A stretch of 63,051 nucleotides of DNA, filler included, from Intoshia linei (GCA_001642005.1; 8 parts of 8 records of this genome joined end to end with filler, not necessarily neighbours in it); one strand, 5' to 3'; counted from the whole stretch's first letter, positions 35,025 to 48,446 are shown. Notes: generated by a model from the letters alone, not told the origin. Program-made: numbers and translations.

Positions 35025-36956
35025 TTAATAAAAATCGATATCGTCATGGGGCCAGACTAAACCGGATTCGACTATTTGAATATCAACAAGTGAATCAACA
35101 CAAACCTTTGTCTGCCTGATCAAAGCTTCTAGACTAGACATACCAAATCCATCCTTATGTGCTAAATAAATGTTATACATTAGTAGAGAAATAGAATAAT
35201 ATTTACCTAAAATGCACCTATTGGCATAACAGGCAATTTCCTGTCGTTTGGTATGATTAAGCATATGTGCAAAAGGTGAATGACTAGGATTTTCAAAAGC
35301 AATAAGACTGAAAATATTGTTCATGTATTTATAAAGTCTGTCCTTATCGGATTGTTCCGGTATACTCTCAATATCCAATCTAAGTAAAGCTCCGAATGCA
35401 ATAATTTTTTGCCATTTAACCAATTGAGATTTCAGTTGGGTAGACATGCTGTCAATATGAGCATTTGGCTGGACATTCTTATGATCAGAATTTAATCCAT
35501 TATTTATGACACCGTTGGTTTTACGTTTTTTTAAAATTATGGATTCATCACTTTTTTCACTTTCAGTAATATCAGTGTCTGGGTTTAAATTTGAATCAAA
35601 CTCTGTATCCTTGGAATCCTCTGAACCACCCATGTCTACATCAAATGATTTATTGGTTGGATGAATTTTAAAAATAGATTCGTCCTTAACATCACAATCA
35701 CTAAATGTCGGCATTTTGTCCATTAAAAAATCCTTGAGTAACATACCAGTAGTCGTATCACGCATAACTCTAGTTGATTCCTGGACAAACCTTGCAGCAT
35801 GATCTGGGTATCTTTTACAGCTATCTTGTTTTGCTCTATCCTCAGTCAAATTCATTTCATTTATCATTTCGAGCATTTTACGACACTTTAATTCAAACTG
35901 TAGCACTGGATTGTTTGGCAAAATATCGCTAAAATGTTTATGAAATATTTCAAAAACAGTATCAATGTCTCCTTTCAAAATGTGGTCTTGAATACCTAAA
36001 AAAATTTAAAGACTAAAATCATAATTAAACTTCGTCTAATTTTCATTGATTCGACTCCGCCACGTAATTTAACATCAGATTCTTTAGCAAACAACTCTGC
36101 ACTTTCATAATATCCTTCCTGAACTAAATAATCTGCAATCAACTGCTTTTTTATAGTGGTCGAAGAACCAATTTTATTTGTAAATGTCATAATTTGTTTA
36201 GTTAAAAATTTACGCTCTCTATAAATATACGCCATAATATCATACATAAAGGGCTGCTGGCCAAAATTAGCTTTAAGTATTTCACCAGGAGTTTGCAAAC
36301 CTACGGTAGGATACAAAACATCCTCATTAATATCTTTGAAAGCAATTCCAAGTAGATTCCCATTTTTTGTGTATAAAATTTCATTACGGGCTAAATTCAA
36401 TATACACCCAATAACATCTCCAGTAGTGTAAATTGGTCCATATACTCTACCTACCGCTGATGCATTGAAAGCGTTTCCGTCGTCTCCATGATATCCGTAA
36501 GAGTATTTATCCCAACCAGGAAGCCTGTTTATATTAACTCCTTTGGCACTAAATCCAATACCAATACAACCATCTCTTCCTTTACTGACAACTTTCACTT
36601 CGTAGTAAAAAACTGATGACATTTTTGGTACAGGAAGTGTAGTTCGAATACTGGCGGCATCTTTGTGATTTTTACCTACACCTGAGAGTTAAAAAGTGAT
36701 AATTTAGTAATAAGAGGTGAGATATTGATGTATCAATTTCCCAACTCATTAATATACCTTTATAGTAAACTGTCACCATATCTTGAGATAATCCTATATA
36801 ATTGAATTTATCGTTCGGATCCCAAGATTTGGGTAAAATTGAATTTCTATTATACAGGGATGGGTACATGTTGCAATGTCTTTGTTCCATTGATTTACCC
36901 GAATCTTTATTTACATTATCCACTTGCACTGAATTATTAATGCCAAATGGACGCAT
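35025..36956 (-). CDS. RANBP9: Ran-binding protein 9/10 (SPRY-LisH-CTLH-CRA; CTLH/GID complex subunit)
   Basis: LPKSWDPNDKFNYIGLSQ..YKG|VGKNHKDAASIR..YYEVKVVSKGRDG..RLPGWDKYSYGYHGDDG (SPRY); IADYLVQEGYYESA (LisH); LQFELKCRKMLEMI (CTLH); FSLIAFENPSHSP (CRA). RANBP9 versus RANBP10 cannot be resolved. Confidence 0.95.
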
Positions 36957-37139
36957 AATTTTATAATTTCATTCAAAAGACTATTATAGCAACTGACATT
37001 GTTACCTATAATTCAATATGAACATTTTTATTTTTACTAACTTTGCTGTGCAGTTTATAAACTTGAAATACATTGCCAAAGAGTCTTAGCCTAAAACGTT
37101 TTGACAGTGTCTGTAAGTAATATAAAATAAGTTTTATAT

Positions 37140-37795
37140 TTCATTTCTCGGTTGAATTTTTGTATTTATATCAACTGGAATAAGCTTTATCAGAATAATC
37201 TTTTTTTTTAATTTTCGGACCTTCAATTATTTAATATTTTTTGTTAATAAAATATTTCGGAAAAAAAATATATGAATACTAAAATGCTTTTTTGACCGTG
37301 AAGTCGTCACTTATCAGATTTAAATTTTCTGTGTGTGTTAACAGGATACAACTTTACAACCTCAAATTTTTATAAATTCTAGGGCTGTTTTCATTAAAAA
37401 AAAAGGGTAATTTTTTGTTTTGGCCCTGAAGATATAATTTTTTTAAATTTTAATTTATGATAATGTTTATGATTTTAAAATCCGTATCAGCGTATATATT
37501 TTTTTAAATTCTCGAACTCGTTTGATTTTCAAAAAAAAGACAATTGGGATATATATTTTTTTAAATTCTCCAACTCGTTTGATTTTCAAAAAGAGGGACA
37601 ATTTTTTAAATTCTCCAACTCGTTTGATTATCAAAAAGAGAGACAATTGCGGTTTTTGACCCGTAAGACGTGAGTTTGAAATTATGTTTGCCGGAAAAAA
37701 ACTGTAATTGAAATGTGGACTTTATAAAATTCTAAGACAGGTAGTTATTTAAATAAAGCTAAACACACACACAAACAAAAATCGCATAGCATATT
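37140..37795 (-). mobile_element. Non-autonomous Helitron-like repeat, inverted copy with local tandem triplication
   Basis: Reverse complement of 49575-50135, including the (GT)n microsatellite. The unit TTTTTAAATTCTCCAACTCGTTTGATTTTCAAAAAGAG occurs three times at 37500-37645. Confidence 0.75.
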
Positions 37796-38160
37796 ATGTT
37801 AGGATATTTGAAAATAATTAATTTTATTGATATTTGATTTAATATTTATTGAATTATTGTCAAAATTTCCAATCTCAGGAATACATGAAAAATTAGCTTG
37901 GTTATTTGGCAGTGTTTTGATAAAGTTGTTGGAAAAGTTGTAGTCAAATGCCTTGGCTATCTATTCATCATTAGTTACTACATGTACCAACACGAATAGG
38001 AAAAATTCTGAGATTTAACTTAAATTTTTGAATTCTCAGTAAAACAATATACCAACGATATCAGACGTGTAAAATTTCAGTGCGCCCACCGCGACTTCGT
38101 ATATGTATATATTATATTATTAAATATTCCAAATTGAATAGTATATTATTATCAGACCTA

Positions 38161-38481
38161 CAGTGCCCGACATAATCTTAGGCACCCCAATTGTAATTAA
38201 TTTAAACAATCCTGGTTCATGATTTAAGACATTTTCTTATATCATATCTAGTGTATGATCAAGAAAAAATATTTAACAATCCTAAAATAGTAAAAACTAT
38301 AATAAAAAAATTAATAATTAATGAAATATAGGTATTTTTAATTAAAATTGCCAAATTCAGAGCGACATAAGTCTTAGGCACCTATAAAATAACACAATTA
38401 GTTATGTTAATTAAATGAAAATACTAAATAAATATATATAAAATTACTAATATTTAGTATTCCATCATTTATTTTTAATCA
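38161..38481 (-). mobile_element. Tc1-type transposon right end with IR/DR architecture
   Basis: TA|CAGTGCCCGACATAATCTTAGGCACC with inner repeat CGACATAAGTCTTAGGCACC at ~38364. The minus strand ends IKNK*WNTKY*, a decayed Tc1 C-terminus (cf. IKxxGGxTKY). Confidence 0.75.
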
Positions 38482-39592
38482 NNNNNNNNNNNNNNNNNNN
38501 NNNNNNNNNNNNNNNNNNNNNNNNNTTAATTAATTAANNNNNNNNNNNNNNNNNNNNNNNNNNNNNNNNNNNNNNNNNNNNTATTTTGACGATTTTATAG
38601 GTTAGAAAAAGTTTGCTCTAATGATGACGAATAAAAATTTTCGGCTTAAAATTTATTAAACTAATTTAAAATAAACTAAAAGTGATAGTACGTATTTTTC
38701 TGGTCACTTTAATTAAAGTTTAATTAACTTATCATTTTCTCATTTCATTTGTAGTAGTTTCTCTAATTCAGTTCTTCTTATGGGGGCGAATACACAAATT
38801 TAGTAAAATCTTATGAGAAAAAATCCCTCCATCTGATCTCTGAAGAAAAAACAGCTTTATATTTATTATAATTTATTTATGGATTTTCTTAAAAAATTAT
38901 GTGGTCCACACACATTTTTTTGTGTGACAAGTGGTCCATGGTGGAAAAAGTTTGGGAACCCCTGATCTAGTTCAAATATTTTCAATCTCTAAAAATTTAA
39001 AATGAATTGTTACCACAATGTTGATAAACTCAAATATTTTTGTCATTATTCGTTGATAAGTGGGAAAAAATGGTATCATTGACATTTAAACATATTGAAT
39101 TACACCTAAAATTCAATGACATGTCATTTTGAAATTTGCAATAAAAATTGTGTGTAAAATTTTTTTGAAAAAGGCGCCCAAAGAAAATAACACGCTTCAG
39201 CCAATTTTTGAGAATAACTTAATGTTGGTAACCCTATCTAGAATGTATGTTTTATTAAATTTTTAAGCTGATTTTTTTTAAAAAAAGGGGGAAATTGGGT
39301 TTTTGACCATGAAGGACTCAAATCCTGAAACTGAAAAATAGATAAATCATGTGACAGTCAATTTTTTCAATAAATGGTTACACAGTGTGTAATACACACA
39401 CAGCCATTCATTTTTAAGTAAACTTTACTTACAAACGATAATAATAGATAACATGTAAATTTACAGATTTAATCAGATACAAATGTATTGAAATTGTACA
39501 TAATTTACATTTACAATCGAGTTGATTTAAATTTGAACGAACTTTTCTATTAATAACAAATTTGTTGAAATAGAAACATGTGATATTTACCA

Positions 39593-42500
39593 ATGAGTGA
39601 TGTAACAAATTTATACCGCGTAAGAGTAAATTTGTTGAAATTTGAATCAAATTACACACGACACCAAGAATATCAAAGCAAATCAATTTCACATAAAGCT
39701 ACTAAACTTGTTGTATTGAATAATGAAACTGGTGATAAATGGAGAACATTATGTGATCAATTGGTATGTATATTTACATTTGGTTAATGATTGTTATTTG
39801 ATATTTCACAGTCTTTCTAAATCTGATATACCGTGGACCCTGAGGTCCACATAAAAATTTTTGCACTGGCCATGAAAATTATTTTTTTCAACAGCTTTAA
39901 TAAACATAGGCACATGGCAAAGCTAGAAACTCTTTGTACTGAGTTCAAACGTGTAATCGTATATTCAATACATTTTCAAAATTTTTATAAAATTGAAAAA
40001 TCAAAATTTAAAAATTAGCAAATTACTTTTGGCTTTTTAGTTAAATTGCTTCCATCTAATCCCCAAGTTAAATAATTCCCTCAAATGAATAATAATATCG
40101 ATTCTGATATATTTTTTCAGTTTGCTTAAATTTTTTTTATCATGGAGGGGTGGCGCTGTTAAAAAACTTCAGAAGCCAATAATATATACATATGTATAGT
40201 TCATTGTTTAATTAAATCTTTATTATATTTTAGAAAATTGAAATCAAATTATTTTACAAGTATCTCACTGAAAATCAATATAAATATTTAGGCGTTTATG
40301 GGTAATTTCAATAATGTATGTAAATAATCACTAATTATAATCATATATAGGTCTTTTCCTCTATAAGTCTTTTTCTTATGATTCTACTATCCTTATGAGG
40401 TCACCAACACTTACTTTTAGTATAACCCTTCACTAAGTATGAGTAGTACTCATACTTATGTCTATCTCTTGGCCTTTATAGGTCGTTTTCTTATGTAGAT
40501 TTATCCCAGTAACCCATTTGGGAACCGCTGCTCTAGAGTCTAGAGAATGGACGTCGTTAGGCTCGTTTCGGTTTGTCGGTCTTCTCAATGTTGACTCGAT
40601 TTTACAAATTGTTTGTTGTTATCATGTGTAACCACGCACGTAAAATTTTTTAAATTTCATCTGGCACAAATTTGCATCATAAAAACTTTCAGAATTGACC
40701 AACTTTGAGATACTCTAATATAGTGCAATTGTACAATGTACAATGTTTTATGAAAAGCAAAAGTAACAAAAAAGTTGATAAAAAAAAATTTCTCAAAATT
40801 CAATAATTTATTTAGAAAATGTTTGTTTTTGTATTTTGTATTGTAGTTTCATTTCAATCTCATTTAACGAATCTGAACGAGATGGTATGGAAGAAAAGAT
40901 TAATCGACTCATTCACACATGCACTGAGTTATTCAAAACACTACGTCGCATGGGTTTGCATTTATCCAATATAAATTTTTATAAATAATTTATATTGATA
41001 GATTTGTTAAACAAATCAAAAACCGACCAAAAATCAAACCACCGAAAGATTGTTACGCTTATGCTTGACAATCAATATAAAGGTTTTTGTAGTTTTATCT
41101 TTTCAAAAAATTATATTGGGTGATTTCTGCCTGTTATGTTCAGAAAGTTTTTGAAAAAACAATGATTTATAACTTGCCAATATTGATAACTTCTATAAGG
41201 GCTAAACTTGGATATATTTTTTAAACTTATTGTCAAAATTATCTTAATAATTTCATTTTGAATAGTTTGAAAACGACAAAATTTTTAATTTAATAATTAA
41301 TTTTTATTTGATAATTTTTGTAATTTTAGAAAATTTGAAAATTTACACTAATATAAAATCCCTCCGTTATAAAAAAATTTTGAATCTAAAAAAAATGTAA
41401 AAATTTAAAATTAACCAATACGTTGATATCTAATAGGATTAATATATTCGATAAAACTTGTCAGGCTCAAAAACCGTTAAATATTGTCAATAACATTGAT
41501 AAAAAACCTATTAAAAAGAAACTGCTGGAAATGGAATATGTTGATGAAAATTTACTCGTTACACAAGAGGTAAATTTATGATTGCAACAGCAATATTCTG
41601 GAATGTTTAATTTATTAGGATTTACAACTTGAAAATGCTCAAATACTATATAAATCTGAAACTACAGATCGAGAAATTGAGTAATTTTGATTTTTTTGAT
41701 ATTTAGACAATTTATATGTTTGATTCAAGAGATATTCAAAAAAAAATTACGGAAATTGGTCAATTGCAGAATATCTTGACAACAAATATTTTGGAACAGG
41801 TCTTTAGTTTATACATGCTAGGTTTACTGTTATGTACTTTGTACAAACTGTACCTCAAATTGTACCTAGCTCTGTGGGCGGAACTTTTTTTAATTATATT
41901 AAAAAATGAATTCAATAATAAAATGGTGTATAAAAATCAATAATACATATAAATAAATAGTAAATTGATTTTTTGATCGTGGGGTTTAACTTTGTGATAT
42001 TAAAAAAGTTTAGCTATTTTAACTGGACTCATAACTGGACCATATAAATTGTGATACAAGTATTACAAATTATGTTTTTTTAATTTCTAGGACTTATTTT
42101 ATTTTTAAAAATGGTAATTTTGGTTTTGGAGCCTGAGCGCTTCAATTTCTGAAAATAAAAAACCTGTGAAAAATAAACATTAGAAATGTTTATTTTAAAA
42201 ATTTTACGCCCTTCTCGTACTTATTTAAATGGTTACAGAAAAACAAACAGATTTTTAAATAAATTACTTGTTAGGATTTTAAATTGACAGTGTGTTTTTG
42301 ATTTCTAAGTTGGAGGTTTTTGAGGGTTTCTTGTCGTTTGGTGGATATAAATTTTAAAGGCATTTATTTTTTGATAAAACTTAATTAAATAGTTTTTTTG
42401 ATGGTTTGTAATTTAGTGAAATCAGTTTCTAATGAAATGAAATTTGTAATAATTGTTTTTAAGGTAGTTAAATTTAGAATGAACAAGTCAAAATTATTGG

Positions 42501-43040
42501 AGAATCGTTTATAAGAAGCAATGAAAATGTATTGGTGGGAAATGAAAAGATTCGTAGTGTTTGATATTATTTTATTTATATATATGTTGCATAGAATGTG
42601 TACAGTGTACAACTGTGAAATGTATACATTTCATGGATAAGTCGTAGAATGTGTAAAATTTTCATTTATATTTTAATTTTAGTTTAATTTTTATTTTTAC
42701 AAATTATACTATTTAACGCATGTATATATTAATTCATTCATTACGAGAGAATGAAAAGGTGAAATTGACTTGACTCTTAAAATACTTTTTAAAAACTTTT
42801 ATTAAATCATTAAAATGTTTCTGATAAAAATCTGACATTGAGGCGTTCATTATTGACAGTGAAGATTGTATATATTTAAAATTTTTATATACATTGTACA
42901 AGTGTACAATGTATATTTTTAATTTTATAAATATTGATTTTTAGGCTATAAAACGGAAGGCGTCAGCTAGAGCTTGGATAGTATTTATCGTTATTGTTTG
43001 TTCATTTGTTTTGCTGTTTTTAGATTGGTATAATCCATAG
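39593..43040 (+). CDS. STX18: Syntaxin-18 (ER Qa-SNARE), multi-exon
   Basis: [10 protein letters not shown]-terminus; [20 protein letters not shown] (~40865); LQLENAQI; SNARE motif [22 protein letters not shown]; C-terminal [31 protein letters not shown] with the family-typical LLFLDWY. Confidence 0.93.
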
Positions 43041-43989
43041 TGTAAATAAATATATATTTTTTGTAATTGATACATTTATGTATTTACATAATGTATTGTT
43101 CTATTTTTTATATTTGATTTATTGATTAAAATATATAATATATAATAATTGTTAGAGATAATAACCCTTAGACTAGTGGTTCCCAAACTTTTTCCACCAT
43201 GGACCAATTGTTACAAAAAAAATGTGTGTGGACCACATAATTTTTTTAATAAATCCCCTTAATCCTGAACACGTCACTAAGGTAATATTTTGATTTTTTT
43301 ATTATATATCCCTCCTTTAATCGAAAATTTTACATTAATTTTGACAAGGTAGCTTCAATGGCGTAATTAAAAAAATTCTTAATTTCAAACAAACTGATGG
43401 CGAACTACCAGTGCCGTATGCGAAATCCCTCGGTGAAAGATCTCGACGAAATTTTTTTTAAAATGTAGGCTTTAATTTATTAAATTGAGCATTAAAAAAA
43501 TATCTAATAAATTTTGGTATATTATGGAATCTCTGTATTGACCATGTCATTCTGTCATTATCATCTGTTATTGCAAACATGATTAACAAGATCGTGAATG
43601 TCTTATATTTGAATCAATTTATTATATTATAAATAACCAGAACTCAAGAAATTAAATCGTTAATAAAATCAAAAAAAATTGAGCTAGAAACAAATTTAAA
43701 AAAATAAACTGTATAACTAAACATGNNNNNNNNNNNNNNNNNNNNNNNNNNNNNNNNNNNNNNNNNNNNTTAATTAATTAANNNNNNNNNNNNNNNNNNN
43801 NNNNNNNNNNNNNNNNNNNNNNNNNTCATATATACATTGAATAAAATTTAAATATAAGTATCGAAAAATGTGCAATTAAGAATTTTATTATGAAAAAAAA
43901 TTTTCCGAATATATTATGTTATATGGTATTATGGTATATTATGGAATCTCTGTATTGACCATATTCATTTCAAACATGACTTTATTTAC

Positions 43990-44460
43990 ATTTTGATGAC
44001 ATTCCATACCATCTCCATGGAGTTATACTGAGTCCCAGCAGCATATAACTTTTTAAATGGTATAGTTAATGTATTATTAAAATATTATAAAGCTTATTGC
44101 ATCTTTATCATGCTCCAATAATTTTTTATTGGGTTTAAGTCGGGACTGTTATGAGGCCAAATCATTAAGTTTGTTCTCTTAGTGCCGTTTTCCGACAGAA
44201 ATGTCATTGTGAGAGATGATGAATGGGAAGGCGCATTATCCTGCATAAATACTATTTTTTTTAAAATTCTTCACTCTTCGAATTCAACTATGGAAGGTAG
44301 TTTTCTTCCAATAATTCAGTGTGACTAAACGTAACAATTTAAAAATGTTAAAATATTAAGTATTACAACTTCGAATTCAGTTTCACTCCTCTGGGCACTT
44401 TATATGTTCCTAATGCTTCATTTCCTATTATATCTGCCCAAAACAACACCACCACAATGT
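43990..44460 (-). pseudogene. Tc1/mariner DD37E (TRT family) transposase remnant
   Basis: GVVFWADIIGNE..VPRGVKLNS..; IVFMQDNAPSHSSSLTMTFLSENGTKRTNLMIWPHNSPDLNPIKNYWS..YAAGTQYNS. There are 37 residues between the second D and the (E->K mutated) third catalytic site. Confidence 0.85.
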
Positions 44461-45063
44461 TAACAAAAAAATTAAGATATAATAATTCACTTTAAAGTAA
44501 AAGTAATGTGATATGATGATTCAACTTGAAACAAATTTGGCAACTACTCCTTTAAAAGATTGATTATAGTGAATAGTAGGATTTTTAAGATAGATTTTCA
44601 ACGTGAATTTATTTTTTTGGTATAATAATAATGTGCCCTTGGCAGAGCTAGGTGCTGTTTGTACGTAGTACATTACAGTCAAAATAGTAAAATATAAATT
44701 CAAAATTCAAATTTAAATACATTATATAATTTTGATCTCCTAATAATTATCCCTTTCCTGGCTGAAAATCCTAGATCCGCCACTGTCCTTCGCCAATCTT
44801 ATTTACTTAAATGAGTTTTTTAAGTGCTATTAAAATAAAATGTAAGTACAGTGGAAATTAAATTCTGAAAACAATTGTTAATACATACATACAGCAAATA
44901 TTATATTTAACTTTATATTTCAAGATAATATAAAAACTTCACATTGAATTGATATAGAATAGAGTATACTATGGTATAATTTATTAATTTAATTTAGTTT
45001 TTAATTATATAAATTTTTAAAAAAATTAAAAATCTATAATTTTATGATCATACTGTAGTATAC

Positions 45064-45249
45064 CAGGGTTACAATTATGCGGCTCGCATTATAACAAAAT
45101 TTCTAATCCATTTATTTATTTACATATTCTACATTATGTATTAATTTTGATTATATTTTCATTAAATTAAAACTGTAATAATAATTTGAGTGAAGATATT
45201 TTTATGTGTCACATTTGGCCTGACAAGCAAGTTGAGTCTGACACCCGTG
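45064..45249. mobile_element. Short hAT MITE
   Basis: Degenerate termini CAGGGTTACAA..GCGGCTCGC / GAGTCTGACACCCGTG; TSD TAGTATAC / TAATATAC. Confidence 0.65.
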
Positions 45250-45339
45250 TAATATACTATTATATATTAAAATTTAATTTAGACTGTAAACATCATTAAC
45301 GTTTCAATTGATAATTGCATGTGAAAATAAAATATACAT

Positions 45340-46390
45340 GAACATTACGATCACTGATGTAAGAAAGGGAAAACGTTAATCAAATAATCATAAGGGGGTT
45401 ATACAACAAATGACTATTTTCTCAAATTGATTCACGATATTATTTGTCTTATAAATTACATATCTAAATTAAATTATATGTATGATATACTCTTAATAAT
45501 GTGTATAATAACGAAGCTCTTGAAATATATTAATAAAAATTGTATTGGGCAACCCTCACAATAATTTGATAACAGATATAATATTCAAATTTCCAAAGCC
45601 CAAGTTGATATAATCGATATGTAATCTGCTAATGAGAAGTACAACTTTATACTGCATTACCTGGATCATTTTACTAAATTTTGCATTATTTGACCATTGA
45701 TGAGAAATACAGCTGAAATGGTCACAAAGGTGTTATCTTCAATATTTGAATACAGTGTATTTGGATCACCTCAAATATTGCAAAGTGACAAATGGACGTC
45801 AATTTAAAAATCAACACATTTCAAATTTTTTGAAATCATATTGGCTTAGCTGTAAATTGATCCATGGGCGACCGCGGCACTCTTAGTCTCAGGGAAGCGG
45901 TGAAAAAAGTAATAGAGACATTGAGGCACTTATTACGGTATGGAGACACCAAAACCTTGAAAAGCCATGGTACCTTTCATTGTCAACAGTACAATACCAA
46001 AAAAATACAAAATGGCATTATGTTGAGACATAGCAATAACAAAATGCCTCGAGTGAGTATAGGCGATTCTGTGACTATTCCAATACCTGCGGTTGATAGG
46101 ACTAGAGGAGAATTTTATAACATTCTCACAAAGATTGTTGATATCAACGAACATGGACAACTAAAACTTGGCAATAGAGCTGGTTTATTAAAAGATAATT
46201 ATGAAGTTTCAGCGGTAACAAAATGCAGTTCAATATTTGAGGTAAGTACTTCATTCAAATATAACCTTCAAAATTTGAGAAATATTGCATCGCAGTTAGA
46301 GATGGTCAAGGATTCTTTAAATGTTCCTGTAAAAAAAATGTAAGAACAATTCTTGTAAATGCAAAAACAATATAATCAGTTGCAATTATT
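45340..46390 (+). pseudogene. Ginger2/TDD-like (KRBA2/SCAND3-related) integrase remnant
   Basis: QVDIIDM..YNFILHYLDHFTKFCII*PL..VFGSPQILQSD(fs)GRQF..LIHGRPRHS*SQGS; VTIPIPAVDRTRG; Cys-rich tail GQGFFKCSCKKKCKNNSCKC. Multiple stops and frameshifts. Confidence 0.8.
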
Positions 46391-46843
46391 AATGAAATTA
46401 AAATTAAAAAATTAATGTTTATAATCACATTTGATTCATTCATCAGTAACCCATTATGAAATAATATTTATTTATTTTAAGAACTAAATTTAAAAATTTT
46501 CATTTGTCGTTTAGTATAGTTCTCTCGTTATTGTAATTTCTCTTGTTTTATTGTTTTCTACGTGCTCTTGTTATTTCTTGTTTTATAATCTTCTTAATAT
46601 TTGATAATTGTAATGTTCAATCAAAATTGTTATTCAGAAAAGTTGTTTTTTTAGATTTTTTTTGAGCCAAACCTTCAAAAGGAGTTTTTAAGAGTTTTTT
46701 TTGAACCAAACTTTTAACGTGGGTTTTTAGGAAATTTTTTTTGAACCAAAATTTCAAGAGGTATTATGTATATATTATGTCTATGCGTATATTATTAAGT
46801 AATTAAGTAAGTTATTAAGTATTCCAAAAGTGCTTATATAGAT

Positions 46844-47551
46844 CAGCCATTCTCAACGGGGTCCACCGCACTTTTATGGGGGTCCATGAAAATTATATAC
46901 ATTTATTACATATTATAGACTATTTCAGTAACATAAAGTCGTTTTTAAAACATAAAGGCTCAGAAATACTAATATAAAACGTGAAAATCATGTAAAAGTA
47001 AATTCTTTGGTATTAAATTAAATTACTTACAAGTGTAAAAACTGATTGGAAAACCTCCATTGTTCTATTTTTATGAGCAGCGGTTTTATTTAATTATTTT
47101 ATTAAAATTTATGACCGAGCTAAGTTTCTAGTCATAAAAAAAGCTTTAAATTTTAAATTGAAAATGGGACAAAAAATCAGTCAATATTTATGATTCTATG
47201 AAACATCAATCAATGGATATAAAATATTAATTCTTCACAGGAAAGATAGATAATATAGACTTTTTATTTATCTGATAAAATATGTAGTAAACAATTAATA
47301 ATGTACTGTAAACAATACTGTAAAAACATGTTCCATTTTGGGAATATTGACGGATTAAAGGTTAATATTAATAGTATCAAGTTTATCATCTCGCAAAAAT
47401 AGAGTACTGCATGTCTTTTGACCATCATTTGTTTCACCCAAATGTAATAATTCATTAAAAATTGTCATTATTATTAATTTTTTTGGGGGTCCACAGGTTT
47501 TATGTGATATCATCTTAGGGGTCCACAGCGAAAAAGGGTTGAGAATTCCTG
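46844..47551. mobile_element. hAT (Buster/Charlie-like) MITE
   Basis: Termini CAGCCATTCTCAAC / GTTGAGAATTCCTG, subterminal GGGGTCCA repeats, perfect TSD ATATAGAT. Confidence 0.9.
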
Positions 47552-48446
47552 ATATAGATGAACACAAGTTCATGTTTAAGTTAAAAACTCTGTAACAGAG
47601 TCAACTATTTAATTTTTATTTATTTTTTAGCATTTGGCCCGCCAGAAAATTGAGTCTGACACTATTAAAATACTAATGCTGAATTTTTATTATTCTAAAA
47701 TTTATTTCTAAATAATGTACAAATTTAATTTAATTTATTATTAGAGGGAGGCGCAGGAGAAATACCAAAATTTAAATGTAATTGTTTCAAGCGATTGACT
47801 AGATATTTGCAACACTCTAAAATTTCAATAGGCAAATTGTCACAACCGCTTTTGCTTCTACGATAAAACTACATTTAAAAATATTATTATCAATATTACA
47901 TTTCGCTTTGTTCGAAAATTGAATTAATTTTATTTTTAATTTGAGTTTTTATTTCGTTTTTTATTGAATTTACACATTCTTGACTGGAACTATTAAATTT
48001 ATAATTAAAAAATGCTTAATATGTAATTTTAAATTTAAATACGCCTCATGAGAAAATAACCGTTGCTATAGTGGCATGGTAACTTTTTATTATTAATAAA
48101 TTTTGCGACCCATCTCCAATCATTTCGAAATCATTCTCGGGTAACCAATGGAACATCTATATAACCGCTTAATTTTGATATCTATTAACAGCATTTCCCA
48201 AATGCTGGTGCGCGGACCGGTATTGGTGCGTGAAAATTTAGCTTGGCTAAATTTTAACTCTATTCATTCGATATAATCTTAAAATTGAAAATCTTGAATA
48301 TACATTAATTTATGCATTTAGAATGTAAATTTTACCCAAAATATATTGTAAATAATATTTACATACCTAATTAAACATTTTCAAAAATATAAAACTGTTT
48401 CGATGCAATTTCTCATATAAATAAATTGCCAATAATTAAATATTGA

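Noticed and set aside
43496-43965. Duplicated TGGTATATTATGGAATCTCTGTATTGACCAT on both sides of a gap
   Set aside because: Most likely a repeat-induced contig-end overlap; cannot be interpreted across the gap.
46425-46460. CTGATGA (minus strand) as a hammerhead ribozyme core
   Set aside because: No correctly placed GAAA or stems; other CTGATGA hits lie in coding sequence.
47264-47573. Short ORFs inside the 46844-47551 MITE as captured gene fragments
   Set aside because: No recognisable motif; lengths are within chance expectation.
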